Below are positions 28,501 to 43,300 of a stretch of 64,000 bases of DNA, piece after piece; positions within the stretch are counted from its first letter, which is position 1; every line of letters begins with the position of its first letter. The position numbers were made by a program, and so were the translations under genes. Origin of the DNA: the human T2T-CHM13v2.0 reference genome, Homo sapiens; assembly GCF_009914755.1 (NCBI RefSeq), contig NC_060933.1. One strand, 5' to 3'. The notes under the pieces are model-generated. The model was not told where the DNA came from, ran no database searches, and saw nothing but the letters and a program-made list of their open reading frames with translations.

Positions 28501-31500
28501 TCCATTCCATTCCATTCCATTCCATGACATTCCATTCCATTCCATTCCTTTCCATTCTATTCGGGTTAATTCCATTCCATTCCATTCCATTCCATTCCAT
28601 TCCATTCCGTTCCATTCAATTCCATTACATTCGGATTGATTCTTTTTAATTCCCTTACACTCCATTACATTCTATTCCATTCGGGTAGTTTCCATACCAT
28701 TCCATTCCATTCCACTGCATTCTATTTCACTCGGGTTGATTGATTCCATTCCATTGCATTCCATTCCATTCCATTCCATTCGGGATGATTCCATTCCATT
28801 GCATTCCATTGCATTCCATTCCCCTGTACTCGGGTTGATCCCATTCCATTCCATTCCATTCCATTCCATTCCATTCCGTTCCGTTCCATTCCATTCCCTT
28901 CCATTCTCTTCAGGTTAATTCCATTCCATTCCATTCAATTCCATTCCATTCCATTCCATTCCATTCCATGCCATTCCACTCGGGTTGATTCCATTCCTTT
29001 CCATTCCATTCGAGTTGAACCCATTCCATTCCATTCCATTCCATTGCATTCCACTCGGGTTGATTCCATTCCTTTCCATTCCATTCGGGTTGAAACCATT
29101 CCATTCCATTCCATTCCTTTCGATTCCATTCCATTTCACTCGGGTTGATCCCATTCCATTGCATTCCATTCCATTCCATTGCATTCCATTCCTTTCCATT
29201 CCATTCCATTACATTCGTATTGATTCTATTCAATTCCCTTACTCTCCATTACATTCCATTCCTTTCGGCTTGTTTCCATTCCATTCCATTCCATTCCACT
29301 CCATTCCATTTCAATCGGGTGATTCCATTCCATTCCATTGCATTCCATTCCATTCCATTCCATTCCGTATGATTCCATTCCATTGCATTCCATTCCATTC
29401 CATTCCCTTGCACTCGGGTGGATTCCATTCTATTCCATTCCATTCCATTCCATTCCATTCCATTCTATTCGGGTTAATTTCATTCCATTCCATTCCATTC
29501 CCTTCCATTGCATTCCATTCCATTCCATTCCATTCCATTGAAATCGAGTTGATTCCATTCCATTCCATTCCATTCCATTCCATTCCATTCCATTCTATTC
29601 GGGTTAATTCCATTCCATTCCATTCCATTCCCTTCCATTCCATTCCATTCCTTTACATTCCGTTCTATTAGGGTTAATTCCATTCCTTTCCATTCCATTC
29701 CATTCCATTCCATTCCATTCCCCTGCACTCAGGTTGATTCCATTCGATTCCATTCCATTCCATTCCATTCCGTTCCTTTCCATTCCATTCCATTCTATTC
29801 GCGTTAATTGCATTCCATTCCATTCCATTACATTCCATTGCAATCGAGTTGATTCCATTCCATTCCGTTCCATTCCATTCCATTCCATTCCATGCCATTC
29901 CACTCGGGTTGATTCCATTGCTTTCCATTCCATTTGGATTGAATCCATTCCATTCCATTCCATTCCATTCCATTCCATTCCATTCCATTCCATTCCATTG
30001 CACTAGGTTTGATTCCATTCCACTGCATTCCATTCCATTCCATTCCATTCCGTTCCATTCCATTCCATTACATTCGGATTGATTGTATTCAATTCCCTTA
30101 CACTCCATTTCATTCCATTCCATTCGGGTTGTTTCCATTCCATTCCATTCCATTCCACTCCATTCCATTGCACTCGGGATGATTCCATTCCATTCCATTC
30201 CATTCCATTCTATTCCATTTGGTTCCATTCCATTCTATTCGGTACCATTCCATTCCATTCCATTCCATTCCATTCCATGCCATTCCACTTGGGTTGATTC
30301 CCTTCCTTTCCATTCCATTCGGGTTGAATCCATTCCATTCCATTCCATTCCATTCCATTCCATTCCATTCCATTCCATTCCATTCCTTTCCATTCCATTG
30401 CACACGGGTTGATTCCATTCCATTCCTTTCTGTTCCATTCCGGATGACTCCATTCCATTGCATTCCATTCCATTCCATTCCCCTGCACTCGGGTTCATTA
30501 CATTCCATTCCATTTACTTCCATTCCATTCCATTCCATTCCATTCCATTCTATTCGGGTTAATTCCATTCCATTCCATTCCATTCCATTCCATTCCATTC
30601 CATTCCATTCCATTCCATTCCATTCCATTGCAAGCGAGTTGATTCCATTCCATTCCATTCAATTCCGGATGATTCCATTCCATTGCCTTAAATTCCATTC
30701 CATTCCCCTGCAGTCGGGTTGATTCCATTCCATTCCATTCCATTCCATTCCATTTCATTCCATTCCATTTGGTTCCATTCCATTCTATTCCGTACCATTC
30801 CATTCCATTCCATTCCATTCCATTCTATTCGGGTTAATTCCATTCCATTCCATTCCATTCCATTCCATTACATTACATTCCATTCCATTGCAATCGAGTT
30901 CATTCCATTCCATTCCATTCAATTCCGGATGATTCCATTCCATTGCCTTCAATTCCATTCCATTCCCCTGCACTCGGGTTGATTCCATTCCATTCCATTC
31001 CATTCCATTCCATTCCATTCCATTCCATTTCATTCCATTCCATTTCGTTCCATTCCATTCTATTCCGTACCATTCCATTCCACTCCATTCCATTCCTTTC
31101 CATTCCATTCCATTCCATGCCATTCCACTCGCGTTGATTCCATTCCCTTCCATTCCATTAGAGTTGAATCCATTCCATTCCATTCCATTCCATTCGATTC
31201 CATTCCATTGCACACGGGTTCATTCCATTCCATTCCTTTCTGTTCCATTCCGGATGACTCCATTCCATTGCATTCCATTCCATTCCATTCCCCTGCACTC
31301 GGGTTCATTACATTCCATTCCATTTACTTCCACTCCATTCCATTCCATTCCATTCCATTCCATTCCATTCCATTCTATTCGGGTTAATTCCATTCCATTC
31401 CATTCCATTCCATTCCATTGCAATCGAGTTGATTCCATTCCATTCCATTCAATTCCGGATGATTCCATTCCATTGCCTTCAATTCCATTCCATTCCCCTG

Positions 31501-34500
31501 CAGTCGGGTTGATTCCATTCCATTCCATTCCATTCCATTTCATTCCATTCCATTTCGTTCCATTCCATTCTATTCCGTACCATTCCATTCCATTCCATTC
31601 CATTCCATTCCATTCTATTCGGGTTAATTCCATTCCATTCCATTCCATTCCATTCCATTCCATTCCATTCCATTCCATTCCATTGCAATCGAGTTGATTC
31701 CATTCCATTCCATTCAATTCCGGATTATTCCATTCCATTGCCTTCAATTCCATTCCATTCCCCTGCACTCGGGTTGATTCCATTCCATTCCATTCCAATC
31801 CATTCCATTCCATTCCATTCCATTTCTTTCCATTCCATTTCTTTCCATTCCATTCTATTCCGTACCATTCCATTCCACTCCATTCCATTCCATTCCATTC
31901 CATTCCATTCCATTCCATTCCATGCCATTCCACTCGCGTTGATTCCATTCCCTTGCATTCCATTAGAGTTGAATCCATTCCATTCTATTCCATTCCATTC
32001 CATTCCATTCCATTGCACACGGGTTCATTCCATTCCATTCCATTCCATTCCCTTCCATTCCATTTCGTTACATTCCATTCTATTCCGTACCATTCCATTC
32101 CATTCCATTCCACTCCATTCCATGCCATTCCACTCGGGTATATTCCATTCCTTTTAATTCCATTCGGGTTGAATCCATTCCATTCCATTGCATTCCATTC
32201 CATTCCATTACATTGCACTCGGGTTGATTCCATTCCACTCCATTCCATTACATTTCATTCCATTCCATTCCATTCCATTTCATTCAATTCCATTCCATTC
32301 CATGCCATTCCACTCGTGTTGATTCTATTCCTTTCCATTCCATTACATTTCATTCCATTCCATTCCATTCCATTTCTTTCAATTCCATTCCATTCCATGC
32401 CATTCCACTCGTGTTGATTCCATTCCTTTCCATTCCATTCGAGTTGAACCCATTCCATTCCATTCCGTTCCATTCCATTCCATTCCATTCCATTCCACTC
32501 CATTCCATGCCATTCCACTCGGGTATATTCCATTCCTTTTAATTCCATTCGGGTTGAATCCATTCCATTCCATTCCATTCCATTCCATTTCAATCGAGTT
32601 GATTCCATTCCATTCCATTCCATTCCATTCAATTCCGAATGATGTCATTCCATTGCCTTCCATTCCATTCCATTTCCCTGCACTCGGGTTGATTCCATTC
32701 CATTCCATTCCATTCCATTCCATTCCATTCCATTTCGTTCCATTCCATTCTATTCCGTACCATTCCATTCCATTCCATTCCATTCCATTCCATTCCATTC
32801 CATTCCATTTCCTTCCATTCCATTCCATTACATTCCATTCCATTCCATTCCATTCCATTCCATTCCATTCTATTAGGGTTAATTCCATTCCATTCCATTC
32901 CATTCCATTCCATGCCATGCCATTCCACTCGGGTTGATTCCATTCCTTTCCATTCCATTCGAGTTGAATCCATTCCATTCCATTCCATTCCATTCCATTC
33001 CATTGCACACGGGTTCATTCCATTCCATTCCATTCCATTCCATTTCGTTCCATTCCATTCTATTCCATACCATTCCATTCCATTCCATTCCATTAGACTC
33101 CTTTCCATGCCATTCCACTCGGGTTTATTCCATTCCTTTCCATTCCATTCGGGTTGAATCCATTCCATTCCATTCCATTCCATTCCATTCCATTCGATTC
33201 CATTACATTGCACTCGTGTTGTTTCCATTCCATTCCATTCCATTCCATTCCATTCCATTCCATGCCATTCCACTCGGGTTGATTCCATTCCATTCCATTC
33301 CATTCGAGTCGAACCCATTCCATTCCATTCCATTCCATTCCATTCCATTCCATTCCATTGCACACGGTTTCATTCCATTCCATTCCATTCCATTCTATTC
33401 CATTTCGTTCCATTCCATTCTATTCCGTACCATTCCATTCCATTCCATTCCATTCCACTCCATTTCATTCCATTCCATCCCATTCCACTCGGGTTTATTA
33501 CATTCCTTTCCATTCCATTCGGGTTGAATCCATTCCTTTCCATTCCATTCCGTTCAATTCCATTCCATTGCACTCGGGTTGATTCCATTCCATTCCATGC
33601 CATTCCATTTCATTCCGTTCCATTCCATTCCATTACATTCGGATTGATTCTTTTCAATTCCCTTACACTCCATTACATTCCATTCCATTCGGGTAGTTTC
33701 CATTCCATTCGATTCCATTACACTCCATTGCATTGCACTCGGGTTGATTGATTCCATTCCATTGCATTCCATTCCATTCAATTCCATTCCGGATGATTCC
33801 ATTCCATTGCATTCCATTCCATTCCATTCCCCTGCACTCGGGTTGATTCCATTCCATTCCATTCCATTCCATTCCGTTCCATTCCATTCCATTCCATTCC
33901 ATTCCATTCCATTCTGTTCAGGTTAATTCCATTCCATTCCATTCCCTTCCATTCCATTCCATTCCATTCCATTCCATTCCATTCCATTGCAATCTAGTTG
34001 ATTCCATTGCATTCCATTCCATTCCATTCCATTGCATTCCATTGCATTCCATTCCCCTGCACTCAGGTTGATTCCATTCCATTCCATTCCATTCCATTCC
34101 ATTCTATTCGGGTTAATTCCATTCCATTCCATTCCATTCTATTCGGGTTAATTCCATTCCATTCCATTCCCTTACATTCCATAGCAATCGAGTTGATTCC
34201 ATTCCATTCCATTCCATTCCATTCCATTCGATTCAAGTCCTTTCCATTCCATTCCACTCGTTTTGATTCCATTTTATTAGTTTCCATTCCATTCCATTCC
34301 CTTCCATTCCACTCTGGTTGATTCCATTCCTTTCCATTCCACTCGAATTCATTCCCTTCTATTCCACTCGGAATGATTGCATTCCATTCCATTCCATTCC
34401 ATTCCATTCCATTCCATTCCATTTCGTTCCATTGCATTGTATTCCGTACCATTCCATTCCATTCCATTCCATGCCATTCCACTCGGGTTGATTCCATGGC

Positions 34501-35953
34501 TTTCCATTCCATTTGGGTTGAATCCATTCCATTCCATTCCATTCCATTCCATTCCATTCCATTCCATTCCATTCTATTCCATTGCACTATGTTTGATTCC
34601 ATTCCACTGCATTCCATTCCATTCCATTCCATTCCATTCCATTCCATTCCATTCCATTCCATTCCATTACATTCGGATTGATTGTATTCAATTCCCTTAC
34701 ACTCCATTTCATTCCATTCCATTCAGGTTGTTTCCATTCCATTCCAATCCATTCCACTCCATTCCATTGCACTCGGGTTGATTGCATTCCATTCCATTCC
34801 ATTCTATTCCATTTCCTTCCATTCCATTCTATTCGGTACCATTCCATTCCATTCCATTCCAATCCATTCCATTCCATGCCATTCCACTTGGGTTGATTCC
34901 CTTCCTTTCCATTCCATTCGGGTTGAATCCATTCCATTCCATTCCATTCCATTCCATTCCTTTCCATTCCATTGCACACGGGTTGGTTCCATTCCGTTCC
35001 TTTCCGTTCCATTCCGGATGACTCCATTCCATAGCATTCCATTCCATTCCATTCCATTCCCCTGCACTCGGGTTCATTACCTTCCATTCCATTTACTTCC
35101 ATTCCATTCCATTCCATTCTATTCGGGTTAATTCCATTCCATTGCATTCCATTCAATTCCATTCCATTCCATTCCATTCCATTCCATTCCATTGCAATCG
35201 AGTTGATTCCATTCCATTCCATTCAATTCCGGATGTTTCCATTCCATTGCCTTCAATTCCATTCCATTCCCCTGCACTCGGGTTGATTCCATTCCATTTC
35301 ATTCCATTCCATTCCATTTCATTCCATTCCATTTCGTTCCTTTCCATTCTATTCCGTACCATTCCATTCCATTCCATTCCATTCCATTCCATTCCATTCC
35401 ATGCCATTCCACTCGGGTTGATTCCATTCCTTTCCATTCCATTCGAGTTCAATCCATTCCAATCCATTCCATTCCATTCGATTCCATTCCATTGCACACG
35501 GGTTCATTCCATTCCATTCCATTCCATTCCATTCCATTCCATTCCATTCCATTCCATTTCCTTCCATTCCATTCTATTCCGTACCATTCCATTCCATCCC
35601 ATTCCATTCCATTCCACTCCATTCCATGCCATTCCACTCGGGTTTATTCCATTCCTTTCCATTCCATTCTGGTTGAATCCATTCCTTTCCATTCCATTCC
35701 ATTCGATTCCATTACATTGCACTCGGGTTGATTCCATTCCATTCCATTCCTTTACATTTCATTCCATTCCACTCCATTCCATGCCATTCCACGCGGGTTT
35801 ATTCCATTCCTTTCCATTACATTCGTGTTGAATCCATTCCATTCCATTCCATTCCATTCGATTCCATTACACTGCAGTCGGGTTGATTCCATTCCATTCC
35901 ATTACATTACATTTCATTCCATTCCATTCCATTCCATTCCATTCCATTCCATT
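25600..35953 (+). repeat. HSat3 variant domain type 2 (also 37324-40010, ~46600-60700)
   Basis: Characteristic words: GCACACGGGTTC (first seen ~26013), CATGCCATTCCACTCGGGTTGATTCCATTCCTTTCCATTCCATTCG(A/G)GTTGAATCC, TCAATTCCGGATGATTCCATTCCATTGCCTTCAATTCC, GCACTAGGTTTG. No ACGGATG or CCGGAAG words seen. Long in-phase stretches. Confidence 0.8.
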
Positions 35954-37323
35954 TCCATTGCAATCGAGTTGAATCCGTTGCATTTCATTCCATTCCATTC
36001 CATTCCATTCCATTCCGGAAGATTCCATTCCATTGCATTCCATTCCATTCCATTCCCCTGCACTCGCGTTGATTCCATTCCATTCCATTCCATTCCATTC
36101 CATTCCATTCCGTTCCATTCCGTTCCATTCCGTTCCATTCCATTCCATTCCATTCCATTCCGTTCCGTTCCGTTCCATTCCATTCCATTCCATTCTATTC
36201 GGGTTAATTCCATTCCATTGCATTCGATTGCAATCGTGTTGATTCCATTCCATTCCATTCCATTCCATTGCATTCCATTCCATTCCTTTCCATTCCATTA
36301 CGGATGATTCCATTCCATTGCATTCCATTCCATTCCATTCCCCTGTACTCGGGTTGATTCCATTCCATTGCATTCCAATCCATGCCCTTCCACTCGTGTT
36401 GATTCCATTCTTTGCATTCCATTCAAGTTGAATCCATTCCATTGCATTCCATTCCATTCGATTCCATTCGGTTGCACTCGGGTTGATTCCATTCCATTGC
36501 ATTCCATTCCATTCCATTCCATTCCATTCCATTCCATTCCGTTCCTTTCCATTCCATTACATTCGGATTGATTCTATTCAATTCCCTTACACTCCATTAC
36601 ATTCCATTCCATTCGGGTAGTTTCCATTCCATTCCTCTCCATTCCATTGCACTCGGGTGGATTCCATTCCATTGCATTCCATTCCATTCCATTCAATTGC
36701 ATTCCGTTCCATTCCATTCCATTACATTCGGATTGATTCTATTCAACTCCCTTAGTCTCCATTACATTCCATTCCATTCGGGTTGTTCCATTCCATTCCA
36801 TTCCATTCCACTCCATTCCATTACACTCGGGTTTATTCCATTCCATTCCATTCAATTCCATTCCATTCCGGAAGATTCCATTCCATAGCATTCCATTCCA
36901 TTCCATTCCCCTGAACTCGCGTTGATTCCATTCCATTCCATTCCATTCCGTTCCATTCCATTCCATTCTATTCCTTTCCATTCCAGTCTTTTCCATTCCA
37001 TTCCACTCGGGTTGATTCCATTCTATTAGTTTCCATTCCATTCCATTCCCTTCCATTCCACTCTGGTTGATTCCATTCCTTTCCATTCCACTCGAATACA
37101 TTCCCTCCTATTCCACTCGGAACGATTCCATTCCATTCCATTCCATTCCATTCCATTCCATTCCATTTCGTTCCATTCCATTCTATTCCGTATCGTTCCA
37201 TTCCATTCCATTCCATTCCATTCCATTCCATTCCATTCCATTCCACTCGTGTTGATTCCATTCCTTTCCATTCCATTCGGTTTGAAGGCATTCCATTCCA
37301 TTCCATTCCATTCCATTCCATTC
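33261..37323 (+). repeat. ~4.06-kb tandem duplication, copy A
   Basis: ORF-track offsets 4063 (33358->37421, 35142->39205) then 4058 (35825->39883, 36739->40797). The rare word CGAGTCGAACCC occurs at ~33305 and ~37368. Confidence 0.92.
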
Positions 37324-40300
37324 CATGCCATTCCACTCGGGTTGATTCCATTCCATTCCATTCCATTCGAGTCGAACCCATTCCATTCCATTCCATTCCA
37401 TTCCATTCCATTCCATTCCATTGCACACGGTTTCATTCCATTCCATTCCATTCCATTCTATTCCATTTCGTTCCATTCCATTCTATTCCGTACCATTCCA
37501 TTCCATTCCATTCCATTCCACTCCATTTCATTCCATTCCATCCCATTCCACTCGGGTTTATTACATTCCTTTCCATTCCATTCGGGTTGAATCCATTCCT
37601 TTCCATTCCATTCCGTTCAATTCCATTCCATTGCACTCGGGTTGATTCCATTCCATTCCATGCCATTCCATTTCATTCCGTTCCATTCCATTCCATTACA
37701 TTCGGATTGATTCTTTTCAATTCCCTTACACTCCATTACATTCCATTCCATTCGGGTAGTTTCCATTCCATTCGATTCCATTACACTCCATTGCATTGCA
37801 CTCGGGTTGATTGATTCCATTCCATTGCATTCCATTCCATTCAATTCCATTCCGGATGATTCCATTCCATTGCATTCCATTCCATTCCATTCCCCTGCAC
37901 TCGGGTTGATTCCATTCCATTCCATTCCATTCCATTCCGTTCCATTCCATTCCATTCCATTCCATTCCATTCCATTCTGTTCAGGTTAATTCCATTCCAT
38001 TCCATTCCCTTCCATTCCATTCCATTCCATTCCATTCCATTCCATTCCATTGCAATCTAGTTGATTCCATTGCATTCCATTCCATTCCATTCCATTGCAT
38101 TCCATTGCATTCCATTCCCCTGCACTCAGGTTGATTCCATTCCATTCCATTCCATTCCATTCCATTCTATTCGGGTTAATTCCATTCCATTCCATTCCAT
38201 TCTATTCGGGTTAATTCCATTCCATTCCATTCCCTTACATTCCATAGCAATCGAGTTGATTCCATTCCATTCCATTCCATTCCATTCCATTCGATTCAAG
38301 TCCTTTCCATTCCATTCCACTCGTTTTGATTCCATTTTATTAGTTTCCATTCCATTCCATTCCCTTCCATTCCACTCTGGTTGATTCCATTCCTTTCCAT
38401 TCCACTCGAATTCATTCCCTTCTATTCCACTCGGAATGATTGCATTCCATTCCATTCCATTCCATTCCATTCCATTCCATTCCATTTCGTTCCATTGCAT
38501 TGTATTCCGTACCATTCCATTCCATTCCATTCCATGCCATTCCACTCGGGTTGATTCCATGGCTTTCCATTCCATTTGGGTTGAATCCATTCCATTCCAT
38601 TCCATTCCATTCCATTCCATTCCATTCCATTCCATTCTATTCCATTGCACTATGTTTGATTCCATTCCACTGCATTCCATTCCATTCCATTCCATTCCAT
38701 TCCATTCCATTCCATTCCATTCCATTCCATTACATTCGGATTGATTGTATTCAATTCCCTTACACTCCATTTCATTCCATTCCATTCAGGTTGTTTCCAT
38801 TCCATTCCAATCCATTCCACTCCATTCCATTGCACTCGGGTTGATTGCATTCCATTCCATTCCATTCTATTCCATTTCCTTCCATTCCATTCTATTCGGT
38901 ACCATTCCATTCCATTCCATTCCAATCCATTCCATTCCATGCCATTCCACTTGGGTTGATTCCCTTCCTTTCCATTCCATTCGGGTTGAATCCATTCCAT
39001 TCCATTCCATTCCATTCCATTCCTTTCCATTCCATTGCACACGGGTTGGTTCCATTCCGTTCCTTTCCGTTCCATTCCGGATGACTCCATTCCATAGCAT
39101 TCCATTCCATTCCATTCCATTCCCCTGCACTCGGGTTCATTACCTTCCATTCCATTTACTTCCATTCCATTCCATTCCATTCTATTCGGGTTAATTCCAT
39201 TCCATTGCATTCCATTCAATTCCATTCCATTCCATTCCATTCCATTCCATTCCATTGCAATCGAGTTGATTCCATTCCATTCCATTCAATTCCGGATGTT
39301 TCCATTCCATTGCCTTCAATTCCATTCCATTCCCCTGCACTCGGGTTGATTCCATTCCATTTCATTCCATTCCATTCCATTTCATTCCATTCCATTTCGT
39401 TCCTTTCCATTCTATTCCGTACCATTCCATTCCATTCCATTCCATTCCATTCCATTCCATTCCATGCCATTCCACTCGGGTTGATTCCATTCCTTTCCAT
39501 TCCATTCGAGTTCAATCCATTCCAATCCATTCCATTCCATTCGATTCCATTCCATTGCACACGGGTTCATTCCATTCCATTCCATTCCATTCCATTCCAT
39601 TCCATTCCATTCCATTTCCTTCCATTCCATTCTATTCCGTACCATTCCATTCCATCCCATTCCATTCCATTCCACTCCATTCCATGCCATTCCACTCGGG
39701 TTTATTCCATTCCTTTCCATTCCATTCTGGTTGAATCCATTCCTTTCCATTCCATTCCATTCGATTCCATTACATTGCACTCGGGTTGATTCCATTCCAT
39801 TCCATTCCTTTACATTTCATTCCATTCCACTCCATTCCATGCCATTCCACGCGGGTTTATTCCATTCCTTTCCATTACATTCGTGTTGAATCCATTCCAT
39901 TCCATTCCATTCCATTCGATTCCATTACACTGCAGTCGGGTTGATTCCATTCCATTCCATTACATTACATTTCATTCCATTCCATTCCATTCCATTCCAT
40001 TCCATTCCATTTCCATTGCAATCGAGTTGAATCCGTTGCATTTCATTCCATTCCATTCCATTCCATTCCATTCCGGAAGATTCCATTCCATTGCATTCCA
40101 TTCCATTCCATTCCCCTGCACTCGCGTTGATTCCATTCCATTCCATTCCATTCCATTCCATTCCATTCCGTTCCATTCCGTTCCATTCCGTTCCATTCCA
40201 TTCCATTCCATTCCATTCCGTTCCGTTCCGTTCCATTCCATTCCATTCCATTCTATTCGGGTTAATTCCATTCCATTGCATTCGATTGCAATCGTGTTGA

Positions 40301-43300
40301 TTCCATTCCATTCCATTCCATTCCATTGCATTCCATTCCATTCCTTTCCATTCCATTACGGATGATTCCATTCCATTGCATTCCATTCCATTCCATTCCC
40401 CTGTACTCGGGTTGATTCCATTCCATTGCATTCCAATCCATGCCCTTCCACTCGTGTTGATTCCATTCTTTGCATTCCATTCAAGTTGAATCCATTCCAT
40501 TGCATTCCATTCCATTCGATTCCATTCGGTTGCACTCGGGTTGATTCCATTCCATTGCATTCCATTCCATTCCATTCCATTCCATTCCATTCCATTCCGT
40601 TCCTTTCCATTCCATTACATTCGGATTGATTCTATTCAATTCCCTTACACTCCATTACATTCCATTCCATTCGGGTAGTTTCCATTCCATTCCTCTCCAT
40701 TCCATTGCACTCGGGTGGATTCCATTCCATTGCATTCCATTCCATTCCATTCAATTGCATTCCGTTCCATTCCATTCCATTACATTCGGATTGATTCTAT
40801 TCAACTCCCTTAGTCTCCATTACATTCCATTCCATTCGGGTTGTTCCATTCCATTCCATTCCATTCCACTCCATTCCATTACACTCGGGTTTATTCCATT
40901 CCATTCCATTCAATTCCATTCCATTCCGGAAGATTCCATTCCATAGCATTCCATTCCATTCCATTCCCCTGAACTCGCGTTGATTCCATTCCATTCCATT
41001 CCATTCCGTTCCATTCCATTCCATTCTATTCCTTTCCATTCCAGTCTTTTCCATTCCATTCCACTCGGGTTGATTCCATTCTATTAGTTTCCATTCCATT
41101 CCATTCCCTTCCATTCCACTCTGGTTGATTCCATTCCTTTCCATTCCACTCGAATACATTCCCTCCTATTCCACTCGGAACGATTCCATTCCATTCCATT
41201 CCATTCCATTCCATTCCATTCCATTTCGTTCCATTCCATTCTATTCCGTATCGTTCCATTCCATTCCATTCCATTCCATTCCATTCCATTCCATTCCATT
41301 CCACTCGTGTTGATTCCATTCCTTTCCATTCCATTCGGTTTGAAGGCATTCCATTCCATTCCATTCCATTCCATTCCATTGTACTCCGGTTGATTCCATT
41401 CCATTGCATTCCATTCCATTCCATTCCATTCCGTTGCATTCCATTCCATTACTTTCGGATTGATTCTATTAAACTCCCTTACTCTCCATTACATTCCATT
41501 CCATTTGTGTTGTTCCATTCCATTCCATTCCATTCCACTCCATTCCATTGCACTCGGGTTGATTCCATTCCATTCCATTCCATGCCATTCCATTCCATTC
41601 CATTCCGGATGATTCCATTCCATTGCATTCCGTTCCATTACATTCCCCTGCACTCGCGTTGATTCCATTCCATTCCATTCCATTCCATTCAATTCCATTC
41701 CATTACAATTCGTTCCATTCCATTCTATTCCGTACCATTCCATTCCATTCCATACCATTCCATTCCATTCCATTCCATTCCATTCCGTTCCATTCCGTTC
41801 CATTCCATTCCATTCCATTCTATTCGGGTCCATTCCATTCCATTCCATTCCATTCCATTCCATTCCATTCTATTCCATTCCATTGCAGTCGAGTTGAATC
41901 AATTGCATTTCATTCCATTCCATTCCATTCCATTCCATTCCATTCCCGAAGATTCCATTCCATTGCATTCTTTTCCATTCCATTCCCCTGCACTCGCGTT
42001 GATTCCATTCCATTCCATTCCATTCCATCCATTCCGTTCCGTTCCGTTCCATTCCATTCCATTCCATTCCATTCCATTCCATTCCATTCCGTTCCATTCC
42101 ATTCCATTCCATTCTATTCGGGTTAATTCCATTCCATTCCATTCGATTGCAATCGAGTTGATTCCATTCCATTCCATTCCATTCCATTCCATTCCATTCC
42201 ATTCCATTCCTTTCCATTCCATTACGGATGATTCCATTCCATTGCATTCCATTCCATTCCATTCCCCTGTACTCGGGTTGATCCATTCCATTCCATTCCA
42301 ATCCATGCCATTCCACTCGTGTTGATTCCATTCTTTCCATTCCATTCAAGTTGAATCCATTCCATTGCATTCCATTCCATTCCATTCCATTCATCTGCAG
42401 TCGGGTTGATTCAATTCCATTCCATTCCATTCCATTCCATTCCGTTCCGTTCCGTTCCATTCCATTCCATTCCTCTCTATTCGGGTTAATTCCATTCCAT
42501 TCCATTCGATTGCAATCGAGTTGATTCCATTCCATTGCATTCCATTCCATTCCATTCCTTTCCATTCCATTACGGATGATTCCTTTCCATTGCATTCCAT
42601 TCCATTCCATTCCACTGTACTCGGCTTGATTGCATTCCATTCTATTCCAATCTATGCCATTCCACTCGTGTTGATTCCATTCTTTGCATTCCATTGAAGT
42701 TGAATCCATTCCATTGCATTCCATTCCATTCGATTCCATTCGATTGCACTCGGATTGATTCCATTCCATTGCATTCCATTCCATTCCATTCCATTCCATT
42801 CGGATTGATTCTATTCAATTCCCTTACACTCCAATACATTCCATTCCATTCGGGTAGTTTCCATTCCATTCCATTCCATTCCTCTCCATTCCATTGAACT
42901 CGGGTTGATTCCATTCCATTCCATTCCATTCCATTCCATTACATTACATTCCATTCCATTCCGTTCCATTGTACTCGGGTTGATTCCATTCCATTGCATT
43001 CCATTCCATTCCATTCCATTCCATTCCATTCCATTCCGTTCCATTCCATTCCATTACATTCGGATTGATTCTTTTCAACTCCCTTACTCTCCATTACATT
43101 CCATTACATTCGTGTTGTTCCATTCCATTCCATTCCATTCCACTCCATTCCATTGCACTCGGGTTGATTCCATTCCATTCCATTCCATTCCGGATGATTC
43201 CATTCCATTGCATTCCGTTCCATTACATTCCCCTGCACTCGGGTTGATTCCATTCCATTCCATTCCATTCCATTCGATTCCATTCCATTCCCCTGCACTC

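Larger units (their letters stand above)
19063..35953 (+). repeat. ~16.9-kb tandem duplication, copy 1
   Basis: Private variants and ORF-track entries recur at offset 16891 (19142->36033, 19848->36739). After the nested 4.06-kb insert they recur at ~20949-21034 (19142->40091, 27345->48359, 35142->56116). Confidence 0.92.
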
